A DNA stretch of 64,000 nucleotides from Opitutaceae bacterium (GTDB lineage Bacteria > Verrucomicrobiota > Verrucomicrobiia > Opitutales > Coraliomargaritaceae), in NCBI GenBank assembly GCA_051252375.1, contig JBPOFY010000003.1:64001-128000 (forward strand), read 5' to 3'. Positions 29,598 to 42,455 of the stretch are shown one piece after another. Position numbers and translations under genes: made by a program. The notes under the pieces were generated by a model that was not told the origin of the DNA, made no database searches, and saw only the letters and a list, made by a program, of their open reading frames with translations. Positions within the stretch are counted from its first letter, which is position 1. Each line of letters begins with the position of its first letter.

Positions 29598-32117
29598 TTA
29601 CTCTTCAGTTGCTTCCGTTACGTCGATGACTTCGTCGTTCCCTTCGGTGTTCTCTTCATCTCCTTCGCCGGCTTCGTCTTCTTCGCTGGCGATGACTTTA
29701 CTGATTCCGATGAGGCTGTCTTTTGCAGCTAGGTTGACGAGCTTCACGCCGCTAGCAGCGCGACCCGTGATGCGAACTGTGTCGATCGGGCTGCGGACCG
29801 CTTGGCCTTTTTGAGTGAACATCATGATCTCGTCTTCGTCGGTGACGCTGAGTGCGCCAGCAACCTTGTCTGACTTGATTGCGATGATACCAGAACCGCC
29901 ACGTGATTGGACGCGGTAGTCGCTGAACTCAGTGCGTTTACCGAGGCCGTTGGCACCAGCGATGAGTAGCTTCTCGTCGTCGTTGACGATTTCGATCGCA
30001 ACCACCTTATCCTTCTCAGTCTTCAGCTTGATGCCGCGGACACCACGTGTGGCACGACCCTGATCACGAAGATCGGTTTCAGGGAAGCGGATGGATTGAG
30101 CGTTGCTGGTAACGAGGAGGACGTCGTCGCTGCCATTAGTGAGGCGTGCGCCGATGAGGTTGTCACCTTCGTCGATGTTGATGCCGATCAGGCCGCCTTT
30201 ACGGTGGTTACGATAGTCGGAGAGCAGTGTCTTTTTGGTGACACCTTTCTCTGTTGCAAGAACGATGCGGTTTTCAGATTCGTCGAAGTCCTTCACGCAG
30301 ATCATCGCAGCAATCTTCTCACCCTTTTGGAGTTCGATGATGTTGGCGATGGCGCGTCCCTTAGCGGTTCGGCTACCTTCTGGAATGTGGTAAACCTTTT
30401 CAACATACACACGGCCATTGTTCATGAAGAACATGATGTAGTCATGTGTAGAGGCAGTGAAGAGGTGCTCGACGAAGTCGTCTTCGTATTGACCGGAACC
30501 AATGACGCCTTTGCCGCCGCGTTTCTGTGAACGATACTCGTCCAGTGAAGTGCGCTTCATGAAGCCCTTGTGGGAAATAGTGATCATGCAGCCTTCATTT
30601 GGAATGATGTCTTCCATGCTGAGGTCGCCGTCGACATCGAGGATCTTCGAGCGACGTGGGTTGCCGTATTTGGCGCGCATTTCGCCAAGCTCTTCCTTAA
30701 TCACTTCAAGCAAACGATGCTCGTTGTTGATGATGTGCAGGAGCTCTTCGATCAGTGCCATGAGGGCGAGATACTCTTCTTCGATCTTGCCGCGTTCGAG
30801 ACCAGTGAGCTGGTAGAGGCGGAGTTCTAAGATGGCGTTGGTTTGTATCTCGCTGAGCGGATACTTCGCCATGAGGTTAATCTTGGCTTCTTCGCGGTTC
30901 TTGGATGCGCGGATAATTTTGACGAAGTCGTCGAGGTTATCTAGTGCGATCTTAAAGCCTTCGAGGATGTGTGCGCGGGCTTGAGCTTTACGCAGTTGGA
31001 ACTGTGTTCGGCGGAAGATGACTTCACGACGGTGATCCACGTAGCAGTTGATCATCTCCTTGATGTTCATTTGCTTCGGACGTCGGTTGTCGAGTGCGAG
31101 TAGGATCACACCAAAGGAACTTTCGAGTGGTGTGCTCTTGTAAAGCTGATTGATGATGACTCGAGGGATCGCGCCGCGCTTGAGCTCAATTACGATACGA
31201 GTCGTTTCAGTGGACTCATCGCGTAGATCGGAAATACCGTCGATTGCCTTAGTTGTGATGAGCTCTGCAATACGCATCACAAGAGACGCACGGTTCACAT
31301 TGTAAGGAATTGCGGAGATGATGATCTCTTCCTTACCCTTAGACTCGACCACTTCAGCGATACCACGTGTGCGAACGATGCCGCGTCCTGTGCGTAAGTA
31401 ACTTTGGATGCCGGCAGTGCCGTGCACGAAACCACCACCTGGGAAGTCGGGACCAGGAATGATCTTAATTAGATCATCCATGTCGATATTTGGATTGTCG
31501 ATGATCGCGCAAGTCGCATCGATGATCTCACTAAGATTGTGAGGCGGGATGTTGGTGGTCATTCCGACGGCAATACCGGTGGAACCATTCATCAACAAAT
31601 TCGGCATAGCGGCCGGCAGGACAGATGGCTCAGTCGTGCTTTCTTTATAGTTGGGCACGAAATCGACAGTGTCTTCGTCGATATTCTTGAGCATCTCTTC
31701 AGCGATCGATTCGAGTTTACACTCAGTATAACGATACGCAGCAGGTGGATCGCCGTCGATCGAACCGAAGTTACCTTGTGGCATGATCAGCGGGTAGCGC
31801 ATGACCCAGTGCTGAGCGAGGCGAACGAGGGTGTCGTAAACGGAGGAGTCACCGTGTGGGTGATAGTTCTTCAGGACTTCCCCGACCACACCGGCACACT
31901 TGTCAAAGTTGCGGTTGTGGAGCAGACCTTCACGCAGCATAGCGTAGAGGATACGGCGCTGGACGGGTTTAAAGCCGTCACGGGCATCGGGTAGGGCGCG
32001 AGAAACGATGACGGACATCGAGTAATCGATGTAGGCCGTCTGCATGATATCGATAATCGACGTGACTTCCGCAGGATTATGATCGCTGGAGATTTCTGGT
32101 GGGAGTTCTTCGGACAT
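29598..32117 (-). CDS. gyrA: DNA gyrase subunit A
   Basis: RALPDARDG, YHPHGDSSVYDT, AAYRYTE, GyrA-box QKRGGKG, acidic tail. Confidence 0.97.
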   Translation of the reverse strand: MSEELPPEISSDHNPAEVTSIIDIMQTAYIDYSMSVIVSRALPDARDGFKPVQRRILYAMLREGLLHNRNFDKCAGVVGEVLKNYHPHGDSSVYDTLVRLAQHWVMRYPLIMPQGNFGSIDGDPPAAYRYTECKLESIAEEMLKNIDEDTVDFVPNYKESTTEPSVLPAAMPNLLMNGSTGIAVGMTTNIPPHNLSEIIDATCAIIDNPNIDMDDLIKIIPGPDFPGGGFVHGTAGIQSYLRTGRGIVRTRGIAEVVESKGKEEIIISAIPYNVNRASLVMRIAELITTKAIDGISDLRDESTETTRIVIELKRGAIPRVIINQLYKSTPLESSFGVILLALDNRRPKQMNIKEMINCYVDHRREVIFRRTQFQLRKAQARAHILEGFKIALDNLDDFVKIIRASKNREEAKINLMAKYPLSEIQTNAILELRLYQLTGLERGKIEEEYLALMALIEELLHIINNEHRLLEVIKEELGEMRAKYGNPRRSKILDVDGDLSMEDIIPNEGCMITISHKGFMKRTSLDEYRSQKRGGKGVIGSGQYEDDFVEHLFTASTHDYIMFFMNNGRVYVEKVYHIPEGSRTAKGRAIANIIELQKGEKIAAMICVKDFDESENRIVLATEKGVTKKTLLSDYRNHRKGGLIGINIDEGDNLIGARLTNGSDDVLLVTSNAQSIRFPETDLRDQGRATRGVRGIKLKTEKDKVVAIEIVNDDEKLLIAGANGLGKRTEFSDYRVQSRGGSGIIAIKSDKVAGALSVTDEDEIMMFTQKGQAVRSPIDTVRITGRAASGVKLVNLAAKDSLIGISKVIASEEDEAGEGDEENTEGNDEVIDVTEATEE

Positions 32118-32127
32118 GTTCTTTTAA

Positions 32128-32155
32128 AGGAGTTAGAAGCTAGGAGTGAGCAGTT
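32128..32155. repeat. Degenerate tandem heptamer repeat (4 units)
   Basis: aggagtt-agaagct-aggagtg-agcagtt between gyrB and gyrA. Confidence 0.5.
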
Positions 32156-32204
32156 AGTTACTTCGCTCTGCTTTCATTGATAATTAATATATACGATTGA
32201 TTAT

Positions 32205-34889
<2,685 letters not shown>

Positions 34890-34977
34890 TTATTAACACA
34901 GTCTTTGAGCGATTTCGGCGATCATTGGGCAAGCAAGCGAATTTGACCTAAAATGTGGTCGATTTTGGCTGTCAGAT

Positions 34978-36276
34978 CTATGCGCTACGGGCACAGATTT
35001 CGTCGACAATACGCTGGCTGCTGCCTCTGTTTGAGGCGTGCCATGAGCGTGCTGTTTCGCCCATCTGGGCTCTGACGGCTTGATCGTTTGCTAATTCAAG
35101 AATGGCTGCTTCTAGGGCAGGGGCATCTGCGACTTGTCGTGCCGCGCCCACTTGGACCAGAGAACGGCTGAGATCCTTGAAATTGGCCATTTCGGGTCCC
35201 ATTAAACTAGGTATACCGAGGCCGGCGGCTTCAATTGGGGTTTGACCGCCGTGATTGGGTGGAAGGCTTTTGCCGATGAAGGCGAGGTCAGCGACTTGGC
35301 TGAGGCGTGCTAGTTCTCCAGTGGTGTCGGCCAAATAGATGGATACGGGACCTGCTGCGGGTGATTGCGTTGATCGCTGATGCCAAGTGCGTGATTGATC
35401 GTTGAGGAGGCGAGCGATCTCAGGGGCGCGCTCCGCATGGCGGGGCACGAGGAGTAGTCGGCAGTCGATGCCTTTTGCAATTAATCGATCTTGAGCGGCG
35501 ATTAAAGCCGCTTCTTCGCCTGGCCATGTGGAAGAGCCCAGCAGGACGAAAGGCTTGGCTTCGTTCTGGGCTTGGAACCCAAGCTCGGCGAGGAGCTCGT
35601 TCTTCTGCTCGTTGGTTAGCTGGTCTGGAATTGAGACATCGAATTTAATGCTGCCGTGCATTTTGATGTTCTCGTTGGCTGCGCCGAGTGCTCCCAATCT
35701 CGATTGGTCGAGTGGGCTGGCTGCGAAAATCGTATCAAATTTACGCAGCATGCGGGCGGCAATGGTGGGCACTTTTTGATAACGTTCAAAGCTACGGTTG
35801 GAAATGCGCGCGTTGACTAAGTAGGCGGGGACCTTGTGTGCTTTGGCTTGATGCAGGTGCTCGGGCCAGAGTTCGCTTTCGGTGAGTATGAGCATGTCGG
35901 GTTGAATACGCTTCCATGCCTTGCGCGAGAATAACCAGAAGTCCAATGGGAAGACGCCAATCGCTAGCGTTTGGTCGGCGTAGCGTTTACGTGCTTCGGC
36001 ATAGCCGGTGCTGGTGGTCGTGGTGAGCACAATCTCAAATTGATTTGTGCGCTGTAACGCTTCGATCAGGGGGCCAATCGCCAATACCTCGCCGACACTG
36101 ACTGCTTGCAACCATACACGCTTACGGTCGGTGGTCGGTGGTGCCAGACGGCGGAAACGACCGAAGCGATGCTGAAAGTCTTTTCCATAGCCACCACGTC
36201 GCCACATCCGCAGGAGGTAGTAAGGGAGGGCGATTAATAAGCCCGGGAGGAAAAGCAGTCGGTAGAACCAAATCAT
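34978..36276 (-). CDS. waaA: 3-deoxy-D-manno-octulosonic acid (Kdo) transferase
   Basis: WLQAVSVGE, TTTTSTG, ESELWP, NARIS, VPRHAER, DTTGEL, GGQTPIE. Confidence 0.93.
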   Translation of the reverse strand: MIWFYRLLFLPGLLIALPYYLLRMWRRGGYGKDFQHRFGRFRRLAPPTTDRKRVWLQAVSVGEVLAIGPLIEALQRTNQFEIVLTTTTSTGYAEARKRYADQTLAIGVFPLDFWLFSRKAWKRIQPDMLILTESELWPEHLHQAKAHKVPAYLVNARISNRSFERYQKVPTIAARMLRKFDTIFAASPLDQSRLGALGAANENIKMHGSIKFDVSIPDQLTNEQKNELLAELGFQAQNEAKPFVLLGSSTWPGEEAALIAAQDRLIAKGIDCRLLLVPRHAERAPEIARLLNDQSRTWHQRSTQSPAAGPVSIYLADTTGELARLSQVADLAFIGKSLPPNHGGQTPIEAAGLGIPSLMGPEMANFKDLSRSLVQVGAARQVADAPALEAAILELANDQAVRAQMGETARSWHASNRGSSQRIVDEICARSA

Positions 36277-36368
36277 TCAAATGTGATATGACGCGTCTTT
36301 GCCCGAGTTTTAAAGTATAAAAGTTGTTCTGAGTTGCGACCTTGCACTGATTGGGCAGTTTGCTGGAA

Positions 36369-37379
36369 ATGGATCCATTAACTCAAGCAAGCTTAGGGGC
36401 TGCTGCGGCAGCCTTGTTTAGCCGTGGTCGAAATGTTCGACGTGCTATACTTGTCGGCGCGACGGCAGGGGCGGCTCCTGATGTGGATGTCTTTATTCGT
36501 TCCGCAACGGATCCGTTGCTTGCTTTGGAGTATCATCGTCATTTCACCCATGCCTTGCTTTTTGCTCCGGTCTTTGGGCTGTTGATTGCTGCTTTGTTTA
36601 AGGGACTCTTTTTTTGGAAGCGATGGTCGTATCGAGAGTTAGCCCTATTCGGGATAGTGGGCGCGCTGACTCATGGGCTGCTCGATGCCTGCACGAGTTA
36701 TGGCACTTTGTTGTATTTGCCGATCTCTTCGCACCGAGAGTCTTGGGATATCATTTCGATCGTAGATCCCATTTTTACTCTACCTTTGTTTTTGCTGACG
36801 GTATGTGCTTTTGCATGGAGGCGACCTCAATTCGCCCGAGTGGTGTTTGCTTTCTGCATGTTGTATCTCTGCTTTGGGGTATATCAACGAGAGCGGGCGC
36901 AAAGCTTCGCAACAGGTTTAGCAGAGGAAAGAGGGCACCAGCCTTTACAGCTTACGGCACGACCTTCTTTCGGTAATACGGTTCTTTGGCGCCTCGTCTA
37001 TCGGGAGGGTGATCGATATTATGTGGATGCGGTTCGTATTTTGCCTTTCAGACCGACAATTCATTATTCAGGTGCATCGGTTCCGGTATTTAAGCTAGAG
37101 GATGCGCATGCACTGTTGCCTGCTGATTCAACACTAGCACGGGATGTTGAGCGTTTTAGGTTTTTCTCGCAGGATTATCTTTATCAGGTGCCCGATGAAC
37201 CTGTTGTTTCAGATCTGCGTTACTCGATGTTTCCCGACTCGGTCGAACCACTGTGGGGCATCGTGGTAAACCCGGAAGAATCTGAGGCCCATGCGGAGAT
37301 GGTCTATTATCGAGATCCTTCGCAGCGATCATTTGATCGCATATGGAGAATGATCAAAGGCGAACCTGCAGAGTTTTAA
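36369..37379 (+). CDS. Inner-membrane metal-dependent hydrolase (YdjM family)
   Basis: MDPLTQ, PDVD, HRHFTH, HGLLDACTSYG, IVDPIFT. Confidence 0.85.
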   Translation: MDPLTQASLGAAAAALFSRGRNVRRAILVGATAGAAPDVDVFIRSATDPLLALEYHRHFTHALLFAPVFGLLIAALFKGLFFWKRWSYRELALFGIVGALTHGLLDACTSYGTLLYLPISSHRESWDIISIVDPIFTLPLFLLTVCAFAWRRPQFARVVFAFCMLYLCFGVYQRERAQSFATGLAEERGHQPLQLTARPSFGNTVLWRLVYREGDRYYVDAVRILPFRPTIHYSGASVPVFKLEDAHALLPADSTLARDVERFRFFSQDYLYQVPDEPVVSDLRYSMFPDSVEPLWGIVVNPEESEAHAEMVYYRDPSQRSFDRIWRMIKGEPAEF

Positions 37380-37909
37380 TATTTCAAAGTGAGGCCGACT
37401 GTATGCATGTCGAGACCGGGGTTCGGATCGTTGATGTCTGCATTAGAAGTGTGCTGGAATCGATAACTAATCGACCAGTTCTCGCACATGCTCCATTCTA
37501 GGCCGAGGCTGCTAGTGAAGTGGAAGTTGCCGCCCATGTCATATTGATCAAAGGTGTCTTCTGAATATAAGGAAGGACCAGAACTCATCACTATACTGAC
37601 TGGAAAATCTCCAAAAGAAATTTCAAGTGCAGGAGCGAAGCGGATGTAGCCTGCCGTTTCACCTTCACCTGTGAGTGCGCCCAGGGCGGCTTCGAAGTTT
37701 AGGTCCGCGGTGATGCTGTCGTTTAGTTCCCATGACCAAGGTGAGTTGATCGTGCCAAAGAATTCGTAGCTGTTGAGGCTGACAGTGCTTTCTGCATCAA
37801 AACCAATACGAACGCCTGCTTCGCAAGAATTAAAAAAACAATCTTCGGCTTGTAGTTGTGCGCCGCTTATTGTGAGAGCAATGAGTCCAAGTGTGGTAGA
37901 GGTCTTCAT
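37376..37909 (-). CDS. pagL: Lipid A 3-O-deacylase-like outer-membrane beta-barrel
   Basis: Signal peptide; FHFTSSLG, YRFQHTSNA, PNPGLD (H-x-S-N catalytic motif); aromatic C-terminus. Confidence 0.8.
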   Translation of the reverse strand: MKTSTTLGLIALTISGAQLQAEDCFFNSCEAGVRIGFDAESTVSLNSYEFFGTINSPWSWELNDSITADLNFEAALGALTGEGETAGYIRFAPALEISFGDFPVSIVMSSGPSLYSEDTFDQYDMGGNFHFTSSLGLEWSMCENWSISYRFQHTSNADINDPNPGLDMHTVGLTLKY

Positions 37910-37939
37910 GTTCGTATACTATTGATGGATAAGTCACGA

Positions 37940-37967
37940 AATTTAGCAATTCACGTTGATTCGTCAA
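37940..37967 (-). promoter_or_regulatory. Putative sigma70 promoter of pagL
   Basis: TTGACG-16 nt-TAAATT, with TGn extended -10. Confidence 0.5.
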
Positions 37968-38028
37968 TAGTGCACTCAGCGCATCCGTGCTGTGTGTCTA
38001 TTTTCTGAATAGCCAAGTTGGTCTGAGC

Positions 38029-39159
38029 TTACTCGGCGCTAGCGCCGACCTTTTGAAGCACCGCTTCAACATCGAGGAAATCGTTGGTCTGGGTGGAGAC
38101 TGTGATTTCGCCAAGCTGGAGTTGATTGACGAGTTCGAATGCGACAAAGTTTTGACCTCCAGGTGTATTGAGGGCTTTGGCTTTGAGGCTTTCACCTTCT
38201 GCATAGGCTTCTTTTTCAAGAAGGGTGCCTTTCGCTTCCAGTTCGGCTTTGTATAAATTCGCATCCGCTTTTAGCTTCGCTGCAGCAAGGCGAGCGTCCG
38301 CATTTAGCTGCGCGATCTGCTTATCGGTTTCCGCTTGAATGGTGCGTTGATCCGCTTTTAATTCTTCTTGGATCACATTGACCTTGGCTTCTGTTTCGGC
38401 GCCGATGCGATTGGTCTCGCCGCGCTTTTCTTCGGCGAGGGCACGGGATTTGTTGAGCTCGACGTCTTGGTCGGCAAGTTTCTTGTCGAGAATTTTGCGT
38501 TCGTATGCCTGATCAAATCCGATATCGCGGATCAAGATTTGGATGAGTTCAATGCTGTTGGAAGTCAGCTCGGTTTCGAGTAGCTCGGTGGCTTCAGAGA
38601 CCTTGAGGCGACGGACTTCGGGGTCATAAAATTGCTCGGTGCGCATAGTGCCAAAGGTGCCGCGAATGACTTGTTGGACTTGGTCGCGAACGATGCCTTT
38701 GTAGCGAGCCTGGGAACCTAGCTCTTGATAGAGCTTATGCACTTCACCTGGCTGGATGCGGTATTTGACTGTGACGTCGAGGCGGACAGTGTAACCATCT
38801 TTAGATTTTAACTCCACTTGACCGGGACCACCAACGGGAGTGGCGTCCAAATAGCTGCGTGAAACTAAGGAGAGAGATTTATAGATTTTATTGGTTTCCT
38901 GGCGCTCTTGTTCAGTTGTGAATTCGGTTGTCTGGACTGTAGCATCGAAGACGTTCCAAGTGTCGAGTAGCGGAAGGTTGCGGTGCCAGCCAGGCCCGTA
39001 GTCTTCTGCGACGACACCTTTCTCACCAAGAAAAGCGTATTGTTGGGTGCGGACGCCGGTTTGTCCGAGTTCAATTTTGATGAAGACAAACTGCGCGGCT
39101 AAGAAGACGCAAATCAGGGAGACGAGAATGATTCCGGAGAGAATTTTGAGAAATTTCAT
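38029..39159 (-). CDS. SPFH/band-7 family membrane protein (paralogue 2)
   Basis: N-terminal [36 protein letters not shown]; Ala/Glu-rich coiled coil. Confidence 0.88.
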   Translation of the reverse strand: MKFLKILSGIILVSLICVFLAAQFVFIKIELGQTGVRTQQYAFLGEKGVVAEDYGPGWHRNLPLLDTWNVFDATVQTTEFTTEQERQETNKIYKSLSLVSRSYLDATPVGGPGQVELKSKDGYTVRLDVTVKYRIQPGEVHKLYQELGSQARYKGIVRDQVQQVIRGTFGTMRTEQFYDPEVRRLKVSEATELLETELTSNSIELIQILIRDIGFDQAYERKILDKKLADQDVELNKSRALAEEKRGETNRIGAETEAKVNVIQEELKADQRTIQAETDKQIAQLNADARLAAAKLKADANLYKAELEAKGTLLEKEAYAEGESLKAKALNTPGGQNFVAFELVNQLQLGEITVSTQTNDFLDVEAVLQKVGASAE

Positions 39160-39206
39160 TTTAAAAAGTGGCTGTAGAAGTTGAGCGAAATGTGAATATT
39201 ACAAGT

Positions 39207-40337
39207 TTAGTTCAATGTCTTCTTTTTGGTGACGGCTCCTTCGTCTTGATAGGTGAGGCGTTCAGTTTTACTTTCGATAGTGAAAGGCTGGCCTGTAATC
39301 TTCATGTCGCCGATTTTTTCAGCGTAGGCGCGCTTGATCAAATTGACGCCACCGACACCTTCGTAGGCTTGGGCCATGACGGTGAGGCCTTCGCCTTCGG
39401 CTTGCGCTTGGACTAAGATGGCTTGGGAGTTTTTATCGCGGCTATAAAAGTCAGCATCGGCACCGAGCTTGGTATCGATGACATAGGCTTCTGCTTGTTT
39501 GATATCGCGCTCCGCGTTGGCAGTTGCTTCGACGATTAGCTTTTGCATTTCACCATCGAAGGTCGCTAAGAAGACTTCCTTTTTCTTGGTTGCTTCAACA
39601 ACACGGAAAATCTGATTTTGGAGAGATGCTTTTGCCTTGGAGACTTGTTCTTCGACTTCTTGGTCGGCTAGCTTTTTGGCGCGGATACGTTCTTCGTATT
39701 CTGGGTGAAAGCTGAATTTTTCGGCGATCACACTAGAGACAACGAGGCCGTAGTCTTTGAGTAATTTATTGAGTTCAAGGCGTGCTTTCTCAGCTTTATC
39801 GTTACGAATGCTCGCATCATAGAATTCTTCTGTAGTCATCTCGCCAAAAACAGAGCGGCAGACTGAGCGAGAATAGTCGCGCACCCATTTGTATTTGTAG
39901 GCGTCTTCGAGGCCAGAGGTGGTGACGACTGCTTCGACCATCGCTCGGTCGAGTTGATAATTGATTGTGAGATCGAGGAAGACATCACTGCCATCGACGG
40001 TCTTGATGCGAAGGTCGTCGCGACCGCTACGTTGACCGCGACCAGACTCGGAGACCATCTCAAGGCGCTGGACTGTCATGTCAAGGAGGTGAAAGGTATT
40101 GAGCAGACCATTGTAAATATTGGTGCCCGACTCGGCGATGACTTCAATGTTGCCAGTCACGTTGTTTACTTTGATGCCGACTTCAGTTCCTGAGACACGT
40201 TGGACTCGGAAAGTGACCATCAGGAAAACAGTGAGTGCAACGAGGGCGAGTAACAATAGGGCGAGTGAGCCTTTGAATCGTTCGAGAGCTGCAAGGATAG
40301 GAGGCTGACTCCGCTGGTTGGGAAAATTTAATGCCAT
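39207..40337 (-). CDS. SPFH/band-7 family membrane protein (paralogue 1)
   Basis: N-terminal [39 protein letters not shown]; coiled-coil tail. Confidence 0.88.
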   Translation of the reverse strand: MALNFPNQRSQPPILAALERFKGSLALLLLALVALTVFLMVTFRVQRVSGTEVGIKVNNVTGNIEVIAESGTNIYNGLLNTFHLLDMTVQRLEMVSESGRGQRSGRDDLRIKTVDGSDVFLDLTINYQLDRAMVEAVVTTSGLEDAYKYKWVRDYSRSVCRSVFGEMTTEEFYDASIRNDKAEKARLELNKLLKDYGLVVSSVIAEKFSFHPEYEERIRAKKLADQEVEEQVSKAKASLQNQIFRVVEATKKKEVFLATFDGEMQKLIVEATANAERDIKQAEAYVIDTKLGADADFYSRDKNSQAILVQAQAEGEGLTVMAQAYEGVGGVNLIKRAYAEKIGDMKITGQPFTIESKTERLTYQDEGAVTKKKTLN

Positions 40338-40383
40338 GGTGACTTTATATTAAGAGTGTGAAATTTATTGGGACTATTCGTAT

Positions 40384-41184
40384 TTAGACCGAGGGAAGTG
40401 GTTTCGGTGGTGCTTTAAGTATTCTAAAAAAGCTGATTGCTGCTACCGCTAGGCCCCCGAAAAAGACTAGAGGGAATGGAATTCTAGCGGTGACGGCTAG
40501 TAAGAAGCAGAATATAAGGATTAGCAGTGACATGGATAATCCTTTAAGCAAGCGAACTTCGACTTCTTCTTGTAAGGCGCCGGGAAATTGGCGGATGAAG
40601 AGATCATTTCGTTTATAAACTGGCGTGGGGTAACGGAGCGGGGGGAGTGTCCAAGCATTTATCTCCATACTATAATTTAAAATGCCGTGGTCTTTGAGTT
40701 CGGTGAGGCGTTTTTCCACTTTTTTGAATGAAATGCGAGAATGCCCTGCGATGTCGCTAGTGCTGGCGGGAGCAGGGAGATTGTTGGCTAAATATATCAA
40801 TTCATGCTGCCACACCGCTTCCGCGGGCCAGATGTCGTGTTCTGCAGTGTGAGCTAGCTCAGTCTCAATCTTCTGGCGAGTCTCCGGCGAGAGCACGGTA
40901 TATTCGAAATCATCCAGTGGCTCGTTTGAATAGACACAATGACGAGGCGCGAACTTTTGAGCTGGTTTATTGAGTGACTCGACAAAAAGGTAAGTGGTGA
41001 GACCGTTCTGTGTTTCTTTTTGCACGCGATCGGATTCTGCGAGTTCATCGAGTGTTTGTTCAATGAGGCCGATGCTAACCGGAAGGTAGGGTAGCAGTTG
41101 TGTCGGATGCACGACGCCACCTTGCGAAGCCGATAATTGCTCGGCAAGGTTTTCGGTCACTACTGGCCATATAGGATCACTCAT
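40384..41184 (-). CDS. Hypothetical protein: two predicted winged-helix domains plus a C-terminal TM hairpin
   Basis: [38 protein letters not shown] and [31 protein letters not shown]; two hydrophobic helices at the C-terminus. Confidence 0.65.
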   Translation of the reverse strand: [266 protein letters not shown]

Positions 41185-41383
41185 AATTGGATAGCTTTAT
41201 AGATTGGTGTAATTCTGTCAGTCGAAAACGCACTGAATCGGTCGATTTTTTGGGTTTAAGGTATTGTTATGAAATTTAGGTGAATGCCTCAATGCGATTC
41301 GTGCAACTGGCGAATGGTTGATTCTTTCGGTTTTCTACATTCTCGACTGGTCAATGGCGACTGGCCTACCTTTATTCATATCA

Positions 41384-42397
41384 ATGTCCGACGCCATCAA
41401 GCAACGTATACGCGACGAAGCCCTTTCGCTGGGCTTCCATTCATTTGGTGTGACGCAGGTGCCTATTGAGTTAAGGGCTGCTTACTATGAGCAATGGATC
41501 GCTGATGGCAAACATGGCACAATGGCTTGGATGGCGAACAATAATGATCGGCGCTTGGCTCCAGAGAGGCTCTTGCCCGAGGCGCGCTCGATTATTGTTT
41601 TGGCTCTGAATTATTATCAGGCGGATCCAGAGCGTAACTACCGCATCGCAAAATACGCGCTTGGGGACGATTATCACAACTTCATGTTACGCCGTCTAAA
41701 GCGGCTCTGCCGAATATTGCGGGAGGAGTATGGAGGTGCGCAACGCCCCTATGTGGACACCGGTCCCTTGCTCGAAAAACCGATTGCAGAATCTGCGGGC
41801 ATCGGTTGGCAAGGTAAGAGCACGATCTTGATCGAACCGAAACAGGGGACTTGGTCTTTTCTTGCCAATATCGTAACCACGCTGGACTTGCCTGCGGATG
41901 AGAAAGCCAAAGATCGTTGTGGCACGTGCACTCGCTGTATCGATGTTTGTCCGACACGTGCGATTACCGGTCCTTATCAATTGGATGCCTCCAAATGTAT
42001 TTCCTATTTAACGATCGAGCATGATGGCTCGATACCTTTGGAATATCGCAGTGCAATCGGCGACCGACTTTATGGCTGCGATGAATGTCTCGACGTCTGT
42101 CCATGGAACAAGTGGGCCACGCCGACAACTGAGCCGAAGTTTGCCCTGCGTTCGTTGCCCGACCTTTCTGCAATGTTACATTGGGATGAGGCGACCTTTA
42201 CCACTCAGATGCAGGGTTCGCCTATGCGGCGCCTTAAGTGGCATCGCTTTCGTAGGAATATTTGCGTGGTCTTGGGGAATGTCGGTGAGGTGGGCGATAT
42301 TCCTTCTCTGGAAACCGTGATGGGGGCGGGAGATCCGATGGTTTCTGAGCATGCAGAATGGGCGATCGCGCAGATTCGCCGGCGCGCAAGCGCATGA
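41384..42397 (+). CDS. queG: tRNA epoxyqueuosine(34) reductase
   Basis: YALGDDYH, VDTGPLLEK, CGTCTRCIDVCPT, CISYLTIE, GCDECLDVCPWN. Confidence 0.96.
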   Translation: MSDAIKQRIRDEALSLGFHSFGVTQVPIELRAAYYEQWIADGKHGTMAWMANNNDRRLAPERLLPEARSIIVLALNYYQADPERNYRIAKYALGDDYHNFMLRRLKRLCRILREEYGGAQRPYVDTGPLLEKPIAESAGIGWQGKSTILIEPKQGTWSFLANIVTTLDLPADEKAKDRCGTCTRCIDVCPTRAITGPYQLDASKCISYLTIEHDGSIPLEYRSAIGDRLYGCDECLDVCPWNKWATPTTEPKFALRSLPDLSAMLHWDEATFTTQMQGSPMRRLKWHRFRRNICVVLGNVGEVGDIPSLETVMGAGDPMVSEHAEWAIAQIRRRASA

Positions 42398-42455
42398 CCT
42401 GTTTTAGTATTCTGCCTTGCTACGCAATCTGGTTTAGGGCAAATCAACCACTCAA

